A stretch of 64,000 bases of DNA from Eledone cirrhosa (taxonomy: Eukaryota). The notes under the pieces were generated by a model that did not search any database, was not told the origin of the DNA, and was given only the letters and a program-made list of their open reading frames with translations. Position 1 is the first letter of the stretch. Each line of letters starts with the position of its first letter. This document shows, one piece after another, positions 53,501-64,000 of this stretch. Both the position numbers and the translations under genes were made by a program. Location of the stretch: contig OZ024743.1 of NCBI GenBank assembly GCA_964016885.1, forward strand, positions 325,252,001 through 325,316,000, written 5' to 3'.

Positions 53501-56500
53501 CCAGTTTAACACCACTACCTGACCCTTGAGTTGTAGACTTAATCCATCACCCAGTTTAATACCACTACCTGACCCTTGGGTGGTTGACTTAATCCATCAC
53601 CCAGTTTAACACCACTACCTGACCCTTGAGTGGTAGACTTAATCCATCACCCAGTTTAACACCACCACCTGGGCCTTGGATGGTAGACTTAATCCATCTC
53701 CCAGTTTAATACCACTACCTGACCCTTGAGTGGTAGACTTAATCCATCACCCAGTTTAACACCACTTCCTGACCCTTGCGTGGTAGACTTATTCCATCAC
53801 CCAGTTTAACACCACTTCCTGACCCTTGGGTGGTATACTTAATCCATCACCCAGTTTAACACCACCACCTGGTCCTTAGGTGGTACACTTAATCCATCAC
53901 CCAGTTTAACACCACCACCTGGGCCTTGGGTGGTAGACTTAATCCATCACCCAGTTTAACACCACTACCTGGTCCTTGGGTGGTAGACTTAATCCATCAC
54001 CCAGTTTAACACCACTACATGACCCTTAGGTGATAGACTTAATCCATCACCCAGTTTAGCACCACCACCTGGTCCTTAGGTGGTAGACTTAATCCATCAC
54101 CCAGTTTAACACCACCACCTGGGCCTTGGGTGGTAGACTTAATCCATCACCCAGTTTAACACCACCACCTGGGCCTTGGGTGGTAGACTTAATCGATCAC
54201 CCAGTTTAACACCACTACCTGGTCCTTGGGTGGTAGACTTAATCCATCACCCAGTTGAACACCTCTACCTGACCCTTAGGTGATAGACTTAATCCATCAC
54301 CCAGTTTAACACCACCACCTGGTCCTTAGGTGGTAGACATAATCCATCACCCAGTTTAACACCACCACCTGGGCCTTGGGTGGTAGACTTAATCCATCAC
54401 CCAGTTTAACACCACTACCTGACCCTTAGGTGATAGACTTAATCCATCACCCAGTTAAACACCACTACCTTACCCTTGGGTGGTAGATTTAATCCATCAC
54501 CCAGTTTAACACCACTACCTGACCCTTGGGTGGTAGACTTAATCCATCACCCAGTTTAACACCACTACCTGACCCTTGGGTGGTAGACTTAATCCATCAC
54601 CCAGTTTAACACCACTACCTGACCCTTGGGTGGTAGACTTAATCCATCACCCAGTTCAACACCACTACCTGACCATTGGGTGGTAGACTTAATCCATCAC
54701 CCAGTTTAACACCACTACCTGGCCCTTGGGTGGTAGACTTAATCCATCACCCAGTTTAACACCACTACCTGACCCTTGGGTGGTAGACTTAATCCATCAC
54801 CCAGTTCAACACCACTACCTGACCCTTGGGTGGTAGTCTTAATCCATCACCCAGTTCAACACGACCACCTGGTCCTTAGGTGGTAGCCTTAATCCATCAC
54901 CCAGTTCAACACCACCGCATGACCTTTGGGTGGTAGACTTAATCCATCACCCAGTTGAACACCACTACCTGACCGTTAGGTGGTAGACTTAATCTATCAC
55001 CCAGTTGAACACCACAACCTGACCCTTGAGTGGTAGACTTAATCCATCACGCAGTTCAACACCACCACCTGGTCCTTAGGTGGTAGACTTAATCCATCAC
55101 CCAGTTTAACACCACTACCTGACCCTTGAGTGGTAGACTTAATCCATCACCCAGTTTAACACCAGTACCTGACTCTTGGGTGGTAGACTTAATCCGTTCA
55201 CCCAGTTTAACACCACTTCCTGACCCTTGGGCGGTATACTTAATTCATCACCCAGTTTAACACCACCACCTGGTCCTTAGGTGGTAGACTTAATCCATCA
55301 CCCAGTTCAACAACACCACCTGTGCCTTAGGTGGTAGACTTAATCTATCACCCAGTTTAACACCACTACCTGACTCTTGGGTGGTAGACTTAATCCGTTC
55401 ACCCAGTTTAACACCACTTCCTGACCCTTGGGCGGTATACTTAATTCATCACCCAGTTTAACACCACCACCTGGTCCTTAGGTGGTAGACTTAATCCATC
55501 ACCCAGTTCAACAACACCACCTGTGCCTCAGGTGGTAGACTTAATCCATCACCCAGTTTAACACCACTACCTGACTCTTGGGTGGTAGACTTAATCCGTT
55601 CACCCAGTTTAACACCACTTCCTGACCCTTGGGCGGTATACTTAATCCATCACCCAGTTTAACACCACCACCTGGTCCTTAGGTGGTAGACTTAATCCAT
55701 CACCCAGTTCAACAACACCACCTGTGCCTTAGGTGGTAGATTTAATCTATCACCCAGTTTAACACCACTACCTGACTCTTGGGTGGTAGACTTAATCCGT
55801 TCAACCAGTTTACCACCACCTCCTGACCCTTGGGCGGTATACTTATTCCATCACCCATTTCAACACCACCACCTGGGCCTTAGGTGGTAGACTTAATCCA
55901 TCACCCAGTTTAACACCACTACCTGAACCTTGGGTGGTAGACTTAATCCATCAACCAGTTTAACACCACTTCCTGACCCTTGGGTTGTAGACTTAATCCA
56001 TCACCCAGTTTAACACCACTTCCTGACCCTGGGTGGTAGACTTAATCCATCACCCAGTTTAACACCACTTCCTGACTCTGGGTGGTAGACTTAATCCATC
56101 ACCCAGTTTAACACCACCACCTGACCCTTAGATGGTAGACTTAATCCATCACCCAGTTTAACACCACCACCTGGTCCTTAGGTGGTAGACTTAATCCATC
56201 ACCCAGTTTAACACCACTACCTGGTCCTTGGGTGGTAGACTTAATCCATCACCCAGTTCAACACCACCACCTGGTCCTTAGATGGTAGACTTAATCCATC
56301 ACCCAGTTTAACACCACTACTTGACCTTTGGTGGTAGACTTAATCCATCACCCAGTTTAACTCCACTACCTGACCTTTGGTGGTAGACTTAATCCATCAC
56401 CCAGTTCAACACCACTACCTGGTCCTTTGGTGGTAGACTTAATCAATCACCCAGTTTAACACCACCACCTGGTCCTTAGGTGGTAGACTTAATCCATCAC

Positions 56501-59500
56501 CCAGTTTAACACCACCACCTGGTCCTTAGGTGGTAGACTTAATCCATCGGCCAGTTTAACACCACCACCTGATCCTTAGGTGGTAGACTTAATCCATCAC
56601 CCAATTTAACACCACCACCTGGTCCTTAGGTGGTAGACTTAATCCATCACCCAGTTTAACACCACCACCTGGTCCTTAGGTGGTAGACTTAATCCATCAC
56701 CCAGTTTAACACCACCACGTGGTCCTTGGGTGGTAGACTTAATCCATCACCCAGTTTAACACCACTACCTGAACCTTGGGTGGTAGACTTAATTCATCAC
56801 CCTGTTTAACACCACCACCTGACCCTTAGGTAGTAGACTTAATCCATCACCCAGTTTAACACTACCACCTGGTCCTTAGGTTGTAGAATTAATCCATCAC
56901 CCAGTTTAACACCACTACCTGGGCCTTAGGTGGTAGACTTAATCCATCACCCAGTTTAACACCACTACCTGGTCCTTGGGTGGTAGACTTAATCCATCAC
57001 CCAGTTTAACACCACCACCTGGTCCTTGGGTGGTAGACTTAATCCATCACCCTGTTTAACACCATCACCTGGTCCTTGTGTGGTAGACTTAATCCATCAC
57101 CCAGTTTAACACCACCACCTCGGCCTTGGGTGGTAGACTTAATCCATCACCCAGTTTAACACCACTACCTGACCCTTAGGTGGTAGACTTAATCCATCAC
57201 CCAGTTTATCACCACCACCTGGTCCTTAGTTGGTAGACTTAATCCATCACCCAGTTTAACACCACTACCTTACCCTTGGGTGGTAGATTTAATCCATCAC
57301 CCAGTTTAACACCACTACCTGACCCTTGGGTGGTAGACTTAATCCATCTCCCAGTTTAACACCACTACCTGACCCTTGGGTGGTAGACTTAATCCATCAC
57401 CCAGTTCAACACCACTACCTGACCCTTGGGTGGTAGACTTAATCCATCACCCAGTTGAACACCACTACCTGACCCTTGGGTGGTAGACTTAATCCATCAC
57501 CCAGTTTAACACCACTACCTGACCCTTGGGTGGTAGACCTAATCAATCACGCAGTTCAACACCACCACCTGGTCCTTAGGTGGTAGCCTTAATCCATCAC
57601 CCAGATCAACACCACCGCATGACCTTTGGGTGGTAGACTTAATCCATCACCCAGTTGAACACCACTACCTGACCGTTAGGTGGTAGACTTAATCCATCAC
57701 CCAGTTTAACACCACTACCTGACTCTTGGGTGGTAGACTTAATCCATCACCCAGTTTAACACCACCACCTGACCCTTAGGTGGTAGACTTCATCCATCAC
57801 CCAGTTTAACACCACCACCTGACCCTTAGGTGGTAGACTTAATCCATCACCCAGTTTAACACCACCACCTGACCCTTAGGTGGTAGACTTCATCCATCAC
57901 CCAGTTTAACACCACCACCTGACCCTTAGGTGGTAGACTTAATCCATCACCCAGTTTAACACCACCACCTGACCCTTAGATGGTAGACTTCATCCATCAC
58001 CCAGTTTAACACCACTACCTGACCCTTAGGTGGTAGACTTACTCCATCACCCAGTTCAAAACCACCACCTGGTCCTTAGGTGGTAGACTTAATCCATCAC
58101 CCAGTTTAACACCACCACCTGGTCCTTAGGTGGTAGACTTAATCCATCACCCAGTTTAACACCACCACCTGACCCTTAGGTGGTAGACTTAATCCATCAC
58201 CCAGTTTAACACCACTACCTGGTCCTTGGGTGGTAGACTTAATCCATCACCCAGTTTAACACCACCACCTGGTCCTTAGGTGGTAGACTTAATCCATCAC
58301 CCAGTTTAACACCACCACCTGGGCCTTGGGTGGTAGACTGAATCCATCACCCTGTGTAATACCACTACCTGACCCTTGAGTTCTAAACTTAATCCATCAC
58401 CCAGTTTAACACCACTACCTTACCCTTGAGTTGTAGACTTAATCCATCACCCAGTTTAATACCACTACCTTACCCTTGGGTGGTAGACTTAATCCATCAC
58501 CCAGTTTAACACCATTACCTGACCCTTGAGTGGTAGACTTAATCCATCACCCAGTTTAACACCACCACCTGGGCCTTGGGTGGTAGACTTAATCCATCTC
58601 CCAGTTTAATACCACTACCTGACCCTTGAGTGGTAGACTTAATCCATCACCCAGTTTAACACCACTTCCTGACCCTTGCGTGGTAGACTTATTCCATCAC
58701 CCAGTTAAACACCACTTCCTGACCCTTGGGTGGTATACTTAATCCATCACCCAGTTTAACACCACCACCTGGTCCTTAGGTGGTACACTTAATCCATCAC
58801 CCAGTTTAACACCACCACCTGGGCCTTGGGTGGTAGACTTAATCCATCACCCAGTTTAACACCACTACCTGGTCCTTGGGTGGTAGACTTAATCCATCAC
58901 CCAGTTTAACACCACTACATGACCCTTAGGTGATAGACTTAATCCATCACCCAGTTTAACACCACCACCTGGTCCTTAGGTGGTAGACTTAATCCATCAC
59001 CCAGTTTAACACCACCACCTGGGCCTTGGGTGGTAGACTTAATCGATCACCCAGTTTAACACCACTACCTGGTCCTTGGGTGGTAGACTTAATCCATCAC
59101 CCAGTTGAACACCTCTACCTGACCCTTAGGTGATAGACTTAATCCATCACCCAGTTTAACACCATCACCTGGTCCTTAGGTGGTAGACATAATCCATCAC
59201 CCAGTTTAACACCACCACCTGGGCCTTGGGTGGTAGACTTAATCCATCACCCAGTTTAACACCACTACCTGACCCTTAGGTGATAGACTTAATCCATCAC
59301 CCAGTTAAACACCACTACCTTACCCTTGGGTGGTAGATTTAATCCATCACCCAGTTTAACACCACTACCTGACCCTTGGGTGGTAGACTTAATACATCAC
59401 CCAGTTTAACACCACTACCTGACCCTTGGGTGGTAGACTTAATCCATCACCCAGTTTAACACCACTACCTGACCCTTGGGTGGTAGACTTAATCCATCAC

Positions 59501-62500
59501 CCAGTTCAACACCACTACCTGACCATTGGGTGGTAGACTTAATCCATCACCCAGTTTAACACCACTACCTGACCCTTGGGTGGTAGACTTAATCCATCAC
59601 CCAGTATAACACCACTACCTGACCCTTGGGTGGTAGACTTAATCCATCACCCAGTTCAACACGACCGCATGACCTTTGGGTGGTAGACTAAATCCATCAC
59701 CCAGTTGAACACCACTACCTGACCGTTACGTGGTAGACTTAATCCATCACCCAGTTGAACACCACTACCTGACCCTTGAGTGGTAGACTTAATCCATCAC
59801 CCAGTTCAACACCCCCACCTGGTCCTTAGGTGGTAGACTTAATCCATCACCCAGTTTAACACCACTACCTGACCCTTGAGTGGTAGACTTAATCCATCAC
59901 CCAGTTTAACACCACTACCTGACTCTTGGGTGGTAGACTTAATCCGTTCACCCAGTTTAACACCACTTCCTGACCCTTGGGCGGTATACTTAATTCATCA
60001 CCCAGTTCAACAACACCACCTGTGCCTTAGGTGGTAGACTTAATCTATCACCCAGTTTAACACCACTACCTGACTCTTGGGTGGTAGACTTAATCCGTTC
60101 AACCAGTTTACCACCACTTCCTGACCCTTGGGCGGTATACTTATTCCATCACCCATTTCAACACCACCACCTGGGCTTTAGGTGGTAGACTTAATCCATC
60201 ACCCAGTTTAACACCACTACCTGAACCTTGGGTGGTAGACTTAATCCATCAACCAGTTTACCCCCACTACCTGACCCTTAGATGGTAGACTTCATCCATC
60301 ACCCAGTTTAACACCACCACCTGGTCCTTAGGTGGTAGACTTAATCCATCACCCAGTTTAAAACCACTACCTGGTCCTTGGGTGGTAGACTTAATCCATC
60401 ACCCAGTTCAACACCACCACCTGGTCCTTAGATGGTAGACTTAATCCATCACCCAGTTTAACACCACCACCTGGGCCTTAGGTGATAGACTTAATCCATC
60501 ACCCAGTTTAACACCACCACCTGGGCCTTAGGTCGTAGACTTAATCCATCACCCAGTTTAACACCACCACCTGGTCCTTAGGTGGTAGACTTAATCCATC
60601 ACCCAGTTTAACACCACTACTTGACCTTTGGTGGTAGACTTAATCCATCACCCAGTTTAACTCCACTACCTGACCTTTGGTGGTAGACTTAATCCATCAC
60701 CCAGTTCAACACCACTACCTGGTCCTTTGGTGGTAGACTTAATCCATCACCCAGTTTAACACCACCACCTGGTCCTTTGGTGGTAGACTTAATCCATCAC
60801 CCAGTTTAACACCACTACCTGGGCCTTAGGTGGTAGACTTAATCCATCACCCAGTTTAACACCACCACGTGGTCCTTGGGTGGTAGACTTAATCCATCAC
60901 CCAGTTTAACACCACTACCTGAACCTTGGGTGGTAGACTTAATTCATCACCCTGTTTAACACCACCACCTGACCCTTAGGTAGTAGACTTAATCCATCAC
61001 CCAGTTTAACACTACCACCTGGTCCTTAGGTTGTAGAATTAATCCATCACCCAGTTTAACACCACTACCTGGGCCTTAGGTGGTAGACTTAATCCATCAC
61101 CCAGTTTAACACCACTACCTGGTCCTTGGGTGGTAGACTTAATCCATCACCCAGTTTAACACCACCACCTGGTCCTTAGGTGGTAGACTTAATCCATCAC
61201 CCTGTTTAACACCATCACCTGGTCCTTGTGTGGTAGACTTAATCCATCACCCAGTTTAACACCACCACCTCGGCCTTGGGTGGTAGACTTAATCCATCAC
61301 CCAGTTTAACACCACTACCTGACCCTTAGGTGGTAGACTTAATCCATCACCCAGTTTATCACCACCACCTGGTCCTTAGGTGGTAGACTTAATCCATCAC
61401 CCAGTTTAACACCACTACCTTACCCTTGGGTGGTAGATTTAATCCATCACCCAGTTTAACACCACTACCTGACCCTTGGGTGGTAGACTTAATCCATCAC
61501 CCAGTTTAACACCACTACCTGACCCTTGGGTGGTAGACTTAATCCATCACCCAGTTCAACACCACTACCTGACCCTTGGGTGGTAGACTTAATCCATCAC
61601 CCAGTTCAACACCACTACCTGACCCTTGGGTGGTAGACTTAATCCATCACCCAGTTCAACACCACTACCTGACCCTTGGGTGGTAGACTTATTCCATCAC
61701 CCAGTTTAACACCACTACCTGACCCTTGGGTGGTAGACTTAATCCATCACCCAGTTCAACACCACCACGTGGTCTTTGGGTGGTAGACTTAATCCATCAC
61801 CCAGTTTAACACCACTACCTGAACCGTGGGTGGTAGACTTAATCCATCACCCTGTTTAACACCACCACCTGACTCTTAGGTAGTAGACTTAATCCATCAC
61901 CCAGTTTAACACCACTACCTGGGCCTTAGGTGGTAGACTTAATCCATCACCCAGTTTAACACCACTACCCGAACCTTGGGTGGTAGACTTAATCCATCAC
62001 CCTGTTTAACACCACTACCTGACCGTTAGGCGGTATACTTAATCCATCACCCAGTTTAACACCACCACCTGGTCCTTAGTTTTGTAGACTTAATCCATCA
62101 CCCAGTTTAACAGCACCACCTGGTCCTTGGGTGGTAGACTTAATCCAGCACCCAGTTTAACACCACCACCTGGTCCTTAGGTGGTAGACTTAATCCATCA
62201 CCCAGTTTAACACCACTACATGACCCTTGGGTGGTAGACTTAATCCATCACCCAGTTTAACCCTACTACCTGATCCTTGGATGGTAGACTTAATCCATCA
62301 TCCAGTTTAACACCACTACCTGAACTTTGGGTGGTAAACTTAATCTATCACCCAGTTTAACACCACTACCTGACCCTTCGGTGGTAGACTTAATCCATCA
62401 CCCAGTTTAACCCTACTACCTGACCCTTCGATGGTAGACTTAATCCATCATCCAGTTTAACACCACTACCTGATCCTTGGGTGGTAGACTTAATCCATCA

Positions 62501-64000
62501 CCCAGTTTAACACCACTACCTGACCCTTGAGTGGTAGACTTAATCCATCACCCAGTTTAACACCACTACCTGACTCTTGAGTGTTAGACTTAATCCATCA
62601 CCCAGTTTAACACCACCACCTAACCCTTGCATGGTAGACTTAATCCATCACCCAGTTCAACACCACTTCCTGAACCTTGGATGGTAGACTTAATCCATCA
62701 CCCAGTTTAACACCACTACCTGGGCCTTAGGTGGTAGACTTAATCCATCACCCAGTTTAACACCACGACCTGGTCCTTGCGTGGTAAACTTAATCCATCA
62801 CCAAGTTTAACACCACTACCTGACCCTTGGGTGGTAGACTTAATCCATCACCCAGTTTAACAACACTTCCTGAACCTTGGGTGGTAGACTTAATCCATCA
62901 CCCAGTTTAACACCACCACCAGGTCGTTAGGTGGTAGACTTAATCCATCACCCAGTTTAACACCACCACCTGGTCCTTAGGTGGTATGCTTAATCCATCA
63001 CCCAGTCTAACACCACCACCTGGTCCTTAGGTGGTAGACTTAATCCATCACCCTGTTTAACACCATCACCTGGTCCTTGTGTGGTAGACTTAATCCATCA
63101 CCCAATTCAACGCCACCCCCTGGTGATTAGGTGGTAAACTTAATCCATCACCCGGTTTAACCCCACTACCTGAGCCTTGGATGGTGGACTTAATCCATCA
63201 CCCAGTTTAACACCACCACCTGGTCCTTAGGTGGTAGACTTAGTCCATCACCCGGTTTAACCTCACTACCTGAGCCTTGGATGGTAGACTTAATCCATCA
63301 CCCAGTTTAACACCACTACCTGACCCTTAGGTGGTAGACTTAATCCATCACCCAGTTTATCACCACCACCTGGTCCTTAGGTGGTAGACTTAATCCATCA
63401 CCCAGTTTAACACCACTACCTTACACTTGGGTGGTAGATTTAATCCATCACCCAGTTTAACACCACTACCTGACCCTTGGGTGGTAGACTTAATCCATCA
63501 CCCAGTTTCACACCACTACCTGACCCTTGGGTGGTAGACTTAATCCATCACCCAGTTTAACACCACTACCTGACCCTTGGGTGGTAGACTTAATCCATCA
63601 CCCAGTTCAACACCACTACCTGACCCTTGGGTGGTAGACTTAATCCATCACCCAGTTTAACACCACTACCTGACCCTTGGGTGGTAGACTTAATCCATCA
63701 CCCAGATTAACACCACTACCTGACCCTTGGGTGGTAGACTTAATCCATCACCCAGTTCAACACCACCACCTGGTCCTTAGGTGGTAGCCTTAATCCATCA
63801 CCCAGATCAACACCACCGCATGACCTTTGGGTGGTAGAATTAATCCATCACCCAGATGAACACCACTACCTGACCGTTAGGTGGTAGACTTAATCCATCA
63901 GCCGGTTGAACACCACTACCTGACCCTTGAGTGGTAGACTTAATCCATCACCCAGTTCAACACCACCACCTGGACCTTAGGTGGTAGACTTAATCCATCA
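14567..64000 (+). repeat. 50-bp satellite array, ~990 head-to-tail monomers with higher-order repeats, running off the window
   Basis: Monomer ccatcacccagtttaacaccac(t/c)acctg(ac/gt/gg)cctt(g/a)ggtggtagacttaat repeated in one orientation with only point variants and 1-bp indels. No insertions seen. Confidence 0.99.

Noticed and set aside
14567-64000. CRISPR array (regular period with a hairpin)
   Set aside because: There are no unique spacers; the variable part is a few recurring point variants. No cas genes, and the context is eukaryotic.
14567-64000. Repeat-protein coding region
   Set aside because: The period of 50 is not a multiple of 3, TAA/TAG/TGA occur in every monomer, and the ORF track is empty here.
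14567-64000. Telomeric repeat (ttagg / ccctta)
   Set aside because: Only single TTAGG-like words per monomer; no tandem TTAGGG or TTAGG.

Overview
Gene-free, AT-rich eukaryotic DNA. The repeat repertoire (RTE LINE 3' ends with (TGA)n tails and their partner SINEs, CR1-like ends, long (TA)n tracts) looks molluscan, most likely Octopus; this is inference, no search was run. Positions 1-14.5 kb are a nested pile of transposon remnants and simple repeats: a ~640-bp palindrome, two type I hammerhead ribozyme motifs in a Penelope-like context, RTE and CR1 fragments, SINEs with an internal 46-48-bp VNTR, a 77-bp Tc1/mariner-type MITE, a TTAA piggyBac-type MITE, a structurally complete non-autonomous Helitron, and large (CAC)n and (GGT/GTT)n tracts. 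From ~14,567 to the window end is one uninterrupted ~49.4-kb array of a 50-bp satellite (~990 monomers, consensus CCATCACCCAGTTTAACACCACTACCTGACCCTTGGGTGGTAGACTTAAT). The array has an internal hairpin and layered higher-order repeats (HORs), including three near-identical 4,103-bp copies. No intact protein-coding gene, tRNA, rRNA or CRISPR array is supported. I found no clearly novel protein-based system; the best leads are the ribozymes and the satellite architecture.
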